64,000 nucleotides of DNA from the IMG/VR virus record IMGVR_UViG_3300035665_003403, positions 64,001-128,000 of that record; one strand, 5' to 3'. The first letter of the stretch is position 1. Every line of letters starts with the position of its first letter. Both the position numbers and the translations under genes were made by a program. Positions 47,721-56,664 of this stretch are shown piece by piece. Origin of the DNA: a virus. The notes beneath the pieces were generated by a model. That model saw nothing but the letters and a program-made list of their open reading frames with translations. It was not told the origin of the DNA and made no database searches.

Positions 47721-48932
47721 TTAACCTTTAATTCCCATTAACTGTCTTACCTTTAAAATTTGTGGGTCAACGTAAGCGGTTTTTTCAGTCAACAAAGTTG
47801 AACTACCACTAGACATACCTTTTGTAATCTTATTATCGATTGATTCAGTTATTTTCTTAGAATTCAATTCACCAAGAATTGTCTTATACAATTTCTTAGA
47901 TTCAATCAAATTACTAACTCCTTCGTCAAATCTTTTGATGATATCAGCTTTTTCCTGTTTAGTTGTTGTGTTTTCCATAAACAACTTAGTTACATATGTT
48001 AAGTTAGTGTTGAAAACAACAGTTTCGATAAGCTTATCTTTGAATTGCTTCAAAGCTTTCTTTACGTCATCATTTTCGCTCTTTAACTTAGCAACTTCAC
48101 TTAATAATTGTTTGTTCTTAGCAACAGCTTCAGTTAATAGTTTTTGGTTTTTTGCAACGCTTTCAGTTCTAACTCCAGCACCTTTTATATCAGTTAAATC
48201 ACTATAAGCTTTTCCTGATTGTGCAGTTCCTTTTGTGATAAGTTCATTGATTGGCTCTTCGATTTCTTCCTCTTCTTCACCAGATTCAGCATCTGATGGG
48301 GTTGGAACATCTTCTAAATCATCAACAGAATCTTCACCACCAAATTCAGAACCAGCGTCATCATCCATTTCTATCTCATACTCAACATCATCATCTCCAC
48401 CTAAATCAGCACCTAATTCCCCGCCCAAGTCAATTTCACTTGAACCACCTAAATCAGCTGCTGGGGTTTCGTTTTGTTTTATAACATATTCACCAGGTTC
48501 AGATACTGTCAAATGAATGTCAGTTCCAACTACTTTGATTTCATCCTCACCACTAAGTTTTTTGTAAACTGCGATAATATCATCATCTGATGCAGCTGTC
48601 ATATCAAGTTCTTCACCACCCAACGCATCAGCGTCCATTCCTAATTCTTGACCTGGAGTATCCACATCAACTATATCGGTGCTTGTTATGTCTGTTACAT
48701 CTGTAGTTGTATCTACACTATCCATAGGTGTTGTTTCCATTTCTGTATCATCACCCATTTCTGTTTCGATATCTTCTTCCTCGAAATCACTTTCTAAAAG
48801 TGATTCCTTAACAACAGCATTAATTTCTTCTCGTGCTACGTCTCGAAGTATTTCTTTAGCATTGTTGTTTAACGCTTCTTTAATTTTTTGGATATCTAAC
48901 ATAGAATCCTCAAATACCGTTTTTTTACTCAT
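47721..48932 (-). CDS. Prohead core scaffolding protein (gp22-like)
   Basis: Highly acidic with a coiled coil and many (L/I)xE sites; lies between the protease and capsid genes. Confidence 0.75.
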   Translation of the reverse strand: MSKKTVFEDSMLDIQKIKEALNNNAKEILRDVAREEINAVVKESLLESDFEEEDIETEMGDDTEMETTPMDSVDTTTDVTDITSTDIVDVDTPGQELGMDADALGGEELDMTAASDDDIIAVYKKLSGEDEIKVVGTDIHLTVSEPGEYVIKQNETPAADLGGSSEIDLGGELGADLGGDDDVEYEIEMDDDAGSEFGGEDSVDDLEDVPTPSDAESGEEEEEIEEPINELITKGTAQSGKAYSDLTDIKGAGVRTESVAKNQKLLTEAVAKNKQLLSEVAKLKSENDDVKKALKQFKDKLIETVVFNTNLTYVTKLFMENTTTKQEKADIIKRFDEGVSNLIESKKLYKTILGELNSKKITESIDNKITKGMSSGSSTLLTEKTAYVDPQILKVRQLMGIKG

Positions 48933-49046
48933 AATTTTATTTTTTTTATTTAAAAAAAATTTAACTTATTTAGATGATAAACACCTCATTTCACAATAAA
49001 TACATATGTGTTATTCAAAAAAACAAATTAATACTAAAAAATATTT

Positions 49047-50873
49047 TTATTTTAGTAAAAATTTATTTAAATTTTCTATTAGTACTTTGTTTTTATTATC
49101 ACTAACATCTTCTCTAATGCTTGAATTCATTGGCTTTTCATTAAATATATAAGCTCCTGGAGTACTAGGTGTGCTTACTATATCCCAACAAATAATTTCG
49201 AAGTCATCTTGAACAATATTTTGTCCTTTAACCTCTTTAAGACTACCAATCCCTCTAGATGATACTCCAATCTTAATTTTATTTCTTAATAAATTTGCTA
49301 TATCATCACCCTTTGTTGATACAATACCATAATTAATAAATCCTGGTGTCATCAGTATTTCCATCTTACCCATCAATGCGTTACCTTCCCACCATGTTTC
49401 AATGATGTTATGTGATACTCTATCTAACGAAATAACAGAGTCCTCTGGGTGATTACAATTGTGTGTCCAAACTATCTTATTATTTTGTTTCATTAACCAA
49501 GTTTTATTTGGAACGGAAACACAATAAACAAAATCATTGTGTGGTATTAACTCAACTTTTGTAAATCTATTATCCAAATAAATACCCTTACCTGTTCTTT
49601 CTCTGATAATATTTAATTCTTTACTATTCGAAGCTTTAATCAATCTAGGAACTCTTTTATTTACCTTAGTCAAAACTAATTCACCATCAACTTCAGTTTC
49701 AATAAATTCTCTTTTAATATCATATATTAATCTATCTTTTGGTATAATCTTATTACATGTAGCACCACTACCAATTTTCAACATTACTTCTAAAACATCA
49801 TCTTTTAATTTAGTTGATGTTGTACAATATTCTTTGATAAGAATTCCTTTACTACTTGAACTATTCTTCCCATCACCAATTAATAACCATTTTAGTAATA
49901 TGTTTAATAATCTAGGTGACCAATTTTTAGCGTACTCTGGTATAAATTTATTGTGTGAATCACCCAAAACCTTTAAATGGTTATGTAGTTTTTCATTAGT
50001 CACTGTAAATTGTCTATCACCATATAATTTAAAATTAAACGGTAATTTCTCTAACAATTCCTTAATTAAATTTTGTTGTTTACTTTTTACTTGGGTAATT
50101 GTAACTCTATTTTTATTTTTACCACCCTTACTACCATCAGTATGCCCTTCAGATATGAATATACCTAAAAATGCAGCCCAATCTTCAGTTTTTATAGTGA
50201 TATCAGTATCTGGTATAGTGAAAAACTCACTATCATCCCCATCCCAAACCCCAGAGTGTTTAATATGAGAATGTGACACTCTAGAATCCCCATTCAATAT
50301 TTTATTGTATAACTCTTCACCAGTTAAAATATATGGTTTATTGGTTCTATCCCATAAAATAACTTTATGATTTTTAGTTATAGTCATATCCAAACCACTT
50401 TCATTATAAACCCTAATTAAATCGTCATCATAATGTTTTTTTATAGTTTTACTAATTGGTTGTACTTCTAATTTATTCGACTCTAAATTAAATGTGAATA
50501 TCTCATCACCCTCAATTACTGTATCAATATCAACCCAACCATTCTTAGTGAATATTTGAGTTTCTTTTGGGACACACTCTCCTATTGCATTTCTATCCTT
50601 GATTGCTTGTTGATAAACTAAATTTTGTTGCTTAAGAATTTGTTCTGGGTATATTCTACCATTTCTATTTAATACACCATATTTTTGTAATAAGACATAA
50701 ACAATCAATGGGTCTGACATTGAACCCAAGCTGACACCTGATTCCAATTTTTTTATTTCATTAATGAAACCCTGATTTCTTGGTTCTAATGGATTAATAA
50801 ATCCAGAATCGGATTCAATCAAATAACCCCATCCTGTTTCACCCTTCTTAAGAATTTTTGCTTCTTTTATCAT
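49047..50873 (-). CDS. gp21: Prohead protease (T4 gp21-like) with an intein
   Basis: NRNGRIYP, AIGE|..|CNHP, VSHNI, GVSSRGIGS, WDIVSTPSTPGA. Confidence 0.93.
   Translation of the reverse strand: MIKEAKILKKGETGWGYLIESDSGFINPLEPRNQGFINEIKKLESGVSLGSMSDPLIVYVLLQKYGVLNRNGRIYPEQILKQQNLVYQQAIKDRNAIGECVPKETQIFTKNGWVDIDTVIEGDEIFTFNLESNKLEVQPISKTIKKHYDDDLIRVYNESGLDMTITKNHKVILWDRTNKPYILTGEELYNKILNGDSRVSHSHIKHSGVWDGDDSEFFTIPDTDITIKTEDWAAFLGIFISEGHTDGSKGGKNKNRVTITQVKSKQQNLIKELLEKLPFNFKLYGDRQFTVTNEKLHNHLKVLGDSHNKFIPEYAKNWSPRLLNILLKWLLIGDGKNSSSSKGILIKEYCTTSTKLKDDVLEVMLKIGSGATCNKIIPKDRLIYDIKREFIETEVDGELVLTKVNKRVPRLIKASNSKELNIIRERTGKGIYLDNRFTKVELIPHNDFVYCVSVPNKTWLMKQNNKIVWTHNCNHPEDSVISLDRVSHNIIETWWEGNALMGKMEILMTPGFINYGIVSTKGDDIANLLRNKIKIGVSSRGIGSLKEVKGQNIVQDDFEIICWDIVSTPSTPGAYIFNEKPMNSSIREDVSDNKNKVLIENLNKFLLK
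49458..50576 (-). mobile_element. LAGLIDADG intein (373 aa) in the prohead protease
   Basis: Begins CVPKETQIFT and ends WTHN|C; FLGIFISEG and WLLIGDG endonuclease motifs. Confidence 0.92.
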
Positions 50874-50897
50874 ATTAATAAATATGGTTATTAAAAC

Positions 50898-50933
50898 AAA
50901 AAAACCCTGTTAGTTTTACTTAACAGGGTTTTT
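50898..50933 (-). terminator. Rho-independent terminator
   Basis: AAAAAAACCCTGTTA...TAACAGGGTTTTT. Confidence 0.85.
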
Positions 50934-50934
50934 A

Positions 50935-51384
50935 TTAATCTTTTTTACTTTTATAAAAGTTAAAGTATCGATAATTATCGAATACATCATCCATAATCAA
51001 ATTAATGTATTCATCCAATATGTTGTTTATATCATTAATTTTTATTGACTCCATTTTGTTCTTTAAGAATAAATTTATTTCGCAATTCATAAAGCTTTTT
51101 TTTCCTAATCTAACACCAGAATCCCTTACATCTAAATCAACTATGGTTCTTTGTTTATCAAACAAACAATTATCTTTAATCAACATATAATCATATAATG
51201 ATTGTTTTATTTGTTTATTTAGATTTCTAATAACCCTATTATAATCATAATATGAATTATCAGTTGGCTCACACCAAGTTTTTATAATAATATAAAATGA
51301 CTTAGGGTTTTTTATATCGGTAGTTCCGACTTTTATTTTAATGTTCTTTCGTTTGTTTACGTCAAGTTCTTTACATGTTTTCAT
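50935..51384 (-). CDS. Hypothetical protein
   Basis: 149 aa with its own promoter and terminator. Confidence 0.75.
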   Translation of the reverse strand: MKTCKELDVNKRKNIKIKVGTTDIKNPKSFYIIIKTWCEPTDNSYYDYNRVIRNLNKQIKQSLYDYMLIKDNCLFDKQRTIVDLDVRDSGVRLGKKSFMNCEINLFLKNKMESIKINDINNILDEYINLIMDDVFDNYRYFNFYKSKKD

Positions 51385-51402
51385 TCATTTAAAAGTTAAT
51401 GA

Positions 51403-51434
51403 TTAAATGTAATCATTTTAAATGAATAAGTCAA
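51403..51434 (-). promoter_or_regulatory. Promoter TTGACT-N17-TACATT
   Basis: Near-identical twin of 17503-17534. Confidence 0.7.
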
Positions 51435-51448
51435 ATGTTTATTTCTTC

Positions 51449-51721
51449 TTATAACGTATCATTTGTATTTCTATCTTGAGTTTTCTTAGTGTTAGTCCAG
51501 AATTTTATAAAGATACCAACTAAAGCTAATATTTTTGGTAAATAAAATGCTTGATGTTCTGTTAACCCAGGTATATCCCCAGCCCATGTCATAATAAAAT
51601 CAATAACCAGTAATAAGAATGATATCAATAATGATATATCACCTCTCTTTCTCCATTTTGGTGGTGTTGGCTTTTTATAGTTATTCCACTCTTTGTTTAT
51701 ATTGTCTTTTAATTTTACCAT
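51449..51721 (-). CDS. Two-TM membrane protein (holin-like)
   Basis: Basic N-terminus (KPTPPKWRKRGD) and two hydrophobic segments. Confidence 0.55.
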   Translation of the reverse strand: MVKLKDNINKEWNNYKKPTPPKWRKRGDISLLISFLLLVIDFIMTWAGDIPGLTEHQAFYLPKILALVGIFIKFWTNTKKTQDRNTNDTL

Positions 51722-51732
51722 GTTATCTCATA

Positions 51733-51849
51733 TTAGTATCCATTATGGTACCCAACACATTTTGTTGTATTGTATTTTTTTGGTTTATATTTAGTTGTTT
51801 TACAACCTAATAAACTAAATGCTATCATTATTATCATTATCTTTTTCAT
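51733..51849 (-). CDS. 38-aa lipoprotein (not in ORF track)
   Basis: MKKIMIIMIAFSLLG-CKTTKYKPKKYNTTKCVGYHNGY; LLGC lipobox. Confidence 0.65.
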   Translation of the reverse strand: MKKIMIIMIAFSLLGCKTTKYKPKKYNTTKCVGYHNGY

Positions 51850-52027
51850 TTTTTCCAAATAACCAATTGAAACTAATGAATGCAATAACAATTTTTAAAG
51901 CATCATCAAATATTTTATTGATACTTCTTACAGTATCTTTTTCCCATTTTTTAAAAAGTATATTTTCAATCACACCACTAATAATGATTAAAAATAATAT
52001 TATTGTTATAACCCAAGTAATGTCCAT
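51815..52027 (-). CDS. Small membrane protein
   Basis: 70 aa with two hydrophobic segments. Confidence 0.6.
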   Translation of the reverse strand: MDITWVITIILFLIIISGVIENILFKKWEKDTVRSINKIFDDALKIVIAFISFNWLFGKNEKDNDNNDSI

Positions 52028-52620
52028 GATTTTAAATCCTTAGTAGCTAATCTAATCCCAACAATCTGAGTTTTGACGTAAGTTATTTGCTCTGGACTTA
52101 AACTTCTGTTAGGTTCTGTAAAAACCAACGATAACATTCCTTCACTAACTTCTTCACCTAATAAAAAGTTATAAGCTTTGTTTATACCGTAAAATTTAGC
52201 TGTGTGTGAACTTTCATTATCACCATCAGAACTATGTATCACATACCCAGAATTTGACCTATTTAATTCAACTAACATATCAATAGTTGTTGATACTGGT
52301 ATCGATTGATATTTAGTTATTATTTTATCTATATTTCTAATTTTACTCAAACTCTCAAATCTCATACTAGAATTATTAAACCCAATTCCATGAAAATCTT
52401 TATTTCCATTATGATAATTAATAATACTAGCTCGACACAAATCCAAACGTTCAACCATATTATCTAATATATGTTGAACCTTTTTTTCTGCCTCAAGTCT
52501 TTTTTTATTAGTTTTAGGTGAATAATTAATTTTCTTTTCAATAAACCCTTTTATCCCCCTAGCAAATATGGCAACTAATAAAATAACAATTTGTGATGTG
52601 TCTTTATCTAAACCAACCAT
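52006..52620 (-). CDS. N-terminal TM plus GAF-like domain protein
   Basis: IVILLVAIFA TM segment; CRASIINYHNG..F.G...SS..FE GAF-like pattern. Confidence 0.5.
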   Translation of the reverse strand: MVGLDKDTSQIVILLVAIFARGIKGFIEKKINYSPKTNKKRLEAEKKVQHILDNMVERLDLCRASIINYHNGNKDFHGIGFNNSSMRFESLSKIRNIDKIITKYQSIPVSTTIDMLVELNRSNSGYVIHSSDGDNESSHTAKFYGINKAYNFLLGEEVSEGMLSLVFTEPNRSLSPEQITYVKTQIVGIRLATKDLKSWTLLGL

Positions 52621-52622
52621 TT

Positions 52623-53405
52623 TTAATTACCCTCCAAAGTGTTTTTAAAGTTCATTATGTTAGAAACCTTATTTATAAATTCCTCATCCGATGAAAATGT
52701 GTGAGTCTCATTTAAAACTTTATGCTTAGTCTTTAATAAAACGTTCTTTAATTCCAAATCATCTTCTTTATCATACCTATCATCAACCATAGTCAATACT
52801 TCATTAATCAACGATTTTAAAACTTCTTCTTTACCTGAGTTATCAATAAGAGCCTTAACAACTTTTTTCTCATTCTCACTTAATTCTGAATATTTTTCAT
52901 TATAGTTATCAACCATAATACTAGTCATTAAACTAGTTGGAACATACCCACCATCAATAACAGATTCTTTTACAGTGTTTTTCACCATATAATCAATAAC
53001 ATAATTTTTAGCTTCTAATAACTCATCAATATTTTTACCAGATTTTTTAGTTGTAATAAGCTTATTAAGACATTCATGTAACTTTTTTTTAGAATAATCA
53101 ATTTCTTTACCCTTTAATAATCTACCAAGCTTTTCATTTTCAGATATGATATCCGATTTATTAAACTTACTAAGCAAGTTTAAATTCTCATCTAAAAACT
53201 GTAAAGCTAAATATTCTTTCGGTTCACATTTATTCTCTATGTTATCATAAATAAAAAATTGAGTTCTAAGTATCTTGTTTTCTTTTAAAACCTTTAAATA
53301 CTTTGAGAACTCAGCTTTTTTTTTGTCGTTTTTTTGTGTAATACCCTCAACTAATAATTCGTTAAAGTTTGTTTTTATATTTCCGAAATTAATCATATAA
53401 ATCAT
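52623..53405 (-). CDS. Hypothetical protein (head region)
   Basis: 260 aa; TATTTAT at 53413-53419. Confidence 0.7.
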   Translation of the reverse strand: MIYMINFGNIKTNFNELLVEGITQKNDKKKAEFSKYLKVLKENKILRTQFFIYDNIENKCEPKEYLALQFLDENLNLLSKFNKSDIISENEKLGRLLKGKEIDYSKKKLHECLNKLITTKKSGKNIDELLEAKNYVIDYMVKNTVKESVIDGGYVPTSLMTSIMVDNYNEKYSELSENEKKVVKALIDNSGKEEVLKSLINEVLTMVDDRYDKEDDLELKNVLLKTKHKVLNETHTFSSDEEFINKVSNIMNFKNTLEGN

Positions 53406-53447
53406 TTTTAAAATAAATACTCCAATTTAACTCAAAAGTGGTTTATT

Positions 53448-56400
53448 TTATAAAATATCGTTAATCTTATTAATCATATCACTCACATTTTCATTAATCA
53501 AATTATTCTTTTCACTTACATCAAAACTATCATTAAGATTTTTGCTAGTTAAATCAAACTTTTTTAGTTTATCATAATTCTCTAATACCAATCGTTCAGT
53601 TAGTTGTTCATCATTTCCACTTTCAACTGTCTCTAAATCACTTTCAGCTGTTTCTAAATCATCAATTGGTTCTTCACCACCTTCGGTACCACCTTCAGTT
53701 TCTTCACCCTCATCACCAAAATCTAAATCACCACTACCTAAGCCTCCACCACCGAAACCACCACCTAAGCCTCCACCACCACCAGAACTTCCACCATCTT
53801 CTCCACCTTCACCCCCTGCTGAACCACCTTCTAACGCTTTAGTCATATCACCATAAACTCTATCAACCACATCATATAATCCAGTGTGCTTAATAACACT
53901 TGGGGTGTTAGCTAATTCAGTCTTAGCAGCAAATTCCATTCTTTGTTCCAATAAATCTTGCTTGATATCATCATCAGACCAACCTAATATTTCTCTTTTA
54001 GCTCTTGTCATAGACATTACACCAAAACCATTTCCAGCATCAGATACACTATCCTTATACAACGTAACTTTCTTTTGTTCATTATCAACCCTAAGCATTT
54101 CTGATTGTGTTGATGGGTTATTCAATGTCAAAGTGAAATTATCCATCTCATCCTCAAATCCTAATAACACCAAATGAATCAAAGCTATCTTATTCAACTC
54201 TTGTAACATACATTGTTGAATCCTATTAATTGTTCTAGCAAATCTGATATCCTGTAACGCCAAATTCTTACCCTCACCAGTCGTTTCATCAAACCCCAAG
54301 AATGACTTGGGTACCCTAATAGCTGTAAATAAATTTGACCTTAGATACTCAATATCTGAAATTTCTCCAAGATTAGAAGCCCCAGCTAATGTATCAATTG
54401 GGTTTGGTGCATCCTCACTTCTTACGGGAATAAAGAAATCTTGGTCGTTACTTAACATGTTCATTCTCAGGTCCATTTGCCCAGTCGCTGGGTCATAAGA
54501 TGGTGTTCTTTTGAACCTATTGGCTATAGCATCAACATACGCTGGTACGTCTGCCTCATCAATATTACCAACAAATATCTTAAATACTCTTCTCTCAGGT
54601 GCCCTTGTAACACGATAGGTTAACATAGCATCTTCAGCTAAACAATTATGTACAACACACCCATTAGCTATAAAATTATGTAAATCAGATTCTACTTCCA
54701 AATCCCAAACAGATTCATAATCCAATTCAGTTACATCAATAATTTTCTCCAATCTAACATCATCAATTTTATTATTAAAATTAATATATAATTTAAACGA
54801 GTCAACCCTAGTTTCAATTTTACCAGTTTTTACATTAAGTTTTTTACTACCATCTCTTTTTGATATTATACCACAACCAATTCCAGATTGTAAACATAAA
54901 TGTTTTAAATCGGTTATTAATTTTTTATTAGCTAAACATATTGTACCATATCTATCAGAACCATCAGCATCAAACAAACCATATATTAATTGTCTTTTGT
55001 ATTCTAAACTCATATTAAACACCCATTTAGGTATTCTTTTTTTAGCAAACCCAGTTTTAAAACCAAGTTTTAAAAAAATATTTTTCAACTCTTTATTTGC
55101 AATAGTAACTGATTTACTAAATTCACTATGTTTACTAGTTCTTATACTTAAATGTGAATTAAATTTATTTTTAGCGTAATTAATATAAAATTCATTTTGC
55201 TCTTCATAAACACCTAAAGCAAACCCAATTGTATTGTTATTAATCCAACCATCACCTAACATAAATCCAATAAATCTAGACATTCCAGAATCAATATCAT
55301 ATGTCAAATCAATATTAACTAAAGATTTAGTATTATGATAGTATAAATCAAAATCACCAGAATTAAAATTAAACAATTCTATTAACTTATTTAAATATTC
55401 ATATTTTATTTTACCATTACCTTGAATAAACCTATGTATGTTTTTATAATCGGATTCATTAATATCTTTTAATTTTTTAACAATCCCAACCCTATCCAAT
55501 AATTTAGATTTAACCAACCCACTATCATTTAGTTTTAAATAATAATCATCACTATCTAATTTTATTGTTTTAACTTTATTTTCATTAGATATTGTTGGTA
55601 TCACTACTCTATCACTTCCAATTTTAATTTCGTCAATATTTTTATAAGTAAAATCAATCCCATTATAAACTAAAATTGGGTGATTATCGGTTACATTAAT
55701 AGAATTATATCTACTCCTTACTTTGTGAGTTTTTTTAATACCACTCTCCCAAACATCCTTAATTTTTGTAGTAACAATTTTTTTATTTTCGTAATCATAT
55801 GAAAATATGGAGTCACCAGGTTTAAGATTTTTTATTTTTTCATATCCATCAGTTGTCCAAATATGTGTGTTTTCGCTAACACATAATTGTCTCCATATAC
55901 GTCTTGCTTTTTCGAGCATTGACGTACCATAGGGAAGTTTTCTATCATCTGAAAGCATTCTAAAGTGGGCCATTTGCCAAGAAGTAAACTCAATATTCTG
56001 TGTTCTCCAAAGGAATTTTATATTTTCACTATTAGTAGAATTAAACACTCCATTCAACACACCTTCTCTTCTTTCCATTTCGAAATTAGGCATTTGCTTT
56101 GCACCCATAATTCCCTTGTCTTTATCGATATTAAGAGCAACAAAATTATCACCATATTTTACAACATTTCTAGTCCACATTGGCAACGATGTATGTAAAT
56201 CTAATCTATTAAAAAATAAATCCTCCAAAACTGTCTTTACTCTTTTGCTTTCAGAATATATATTCATCATTTTTCCTTGATGATTTAGTGTAACACATTC
56301 TTCAGCCATGATATCCATAGCTGCACCAATAATTGGAAAGTTCTCCATAGCTTCGAAATCACTATAGGCACCAATTCTTGTTGTTTCGTAAGAAATAGAT

Positions 56401-56621
56401 TGTTGGAATAAACCATTATCTACTTTCTTCCAAAGATTATTTAGGTATTTGTTTTGTTGATTGGCTAATAAAGCGGTATCATATTCAGCTTTATTATCAG
56501 TCTTTAATAATTGACCTTTAGATAAATTAAATGTTTGTTGTTTAGGTTCATAAGCTCTAGGCCCATCAGCAGTAAAGACACGACCAAGCTTTTGAAAAAC
56601 TGTTAATTTTTTATTTTCCAT
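53448..56621 (-). CDS. gp20: Portal protein (T4 gp20-like) with an intein
   Basis: PYGTSMLEKARRIWRQL|..|CLAEDAML.YR..RAPERRVF, DFFIPVR, IDTLAG, LALQDIRFARTI. Confidence 0.95.
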   Translation of the reverse strand: MENKKLTVFQKLGRVFTADGPRAYEPKQQTFNLSKGQLLKTDNKAEYDTALLANQQNKYLNNLWKKVDNGLFQQSISYETTRIGAYSDFEAMENFPIIGAAMDIMAEECVTLNHQGKMMNIYSESKRVKTVLEDLFFNRLDLHTSLPMWTRNVVKYGDNFVALNIDKDKGIMGAKQMPNFEMERREGVLNGVFNSTNSENIKFLWRTQNIEFTSWQMAHFRMLSDDRKLPYGTSMLEKARRIWRQLCVSENTHIWTTDGYEKIKNLKPGDSIFSYDYENKKIVTTKIKDVWESGIKKTHKVRSRYNSINVTDNHPILVYNGIDFTYKNIDEIKIGSDRVVIPTISNENKVKTIKLDSDDYYLKLNDSGLVKSKLLDRVGIVKKLKDINESDYKNIHRFIQGNGKIKYEYLNKLIELFNFNSGDFDLYYHNTKSLVNIDLTYDIDSGMSRFIGFMLGDGWINNNTIGFALGVYEEQNEFYINYAKNKFNSHLSIRTSKHSEFSKSVTIANKELKNIFLKLGFKTGFAKKRIPKWVFNMSLEYKRQLIYGLFDADGSDRYGTICLANKKLITDLKHLCLQSGIGCGIISKRDGSKKLNVKTGKIETRVDSFKLYINFNNKIDDVRLEKIIDVTELDYESVWDLEVESDLHNFIANGCVVHNCLAEDAMLTYRVTRAPERRVFKIFVGNIDEADVPAYVDAIANRFKRTPSYDPATGQMDLRMNMLSNDQDFFIPVRSEDAPNPIDTLAGASNLGEISDIEYLRSNLFTAIRVPKSFLGFDETTGEGKNLALQDIRFARTINRIQQCMLQELNKIALIHLVLLGFEDEMDNFTLTLNNPSTQSEMLRVDNEQKKVTLYKDSVSDAGNGFGVMSMTRAKREILGWSDDDIKQDLLEQRMEFAAKTELANTPSVIKHTGLYDVVDRVYGDMTKALEGGSAGGEGGEDGGSSGGGGGLGGGFGGGGLGSGDLDFGDEGEETEGGTEGGEEPIDDLETAESDLETVESGNDEQLTERLVLENYDKLKKFDLTSKNLNDSFDVSEKNNLINENVSDMINKINDIL
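54645..55883 (-). mobile_element. LAGLIDADG intein (413 aa) in the portal
   Basis: Begins CVSENTHIWT, has TDNHP, and ends HNFIANGCVVHN|C; IGFMLGDG and IYGLFDADG motifs. Confidence 0.93.
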
Positions 56622-56664
56622 AAATTAAATATAATTTTTTATTACTATAAATAAATAGATTGAA

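Noticed and set aside
53680-53830. CCACC-rich repeats in the portal 3' end
   Set aside because: Explained by the Gly/Glu-rich low-complexity tail.
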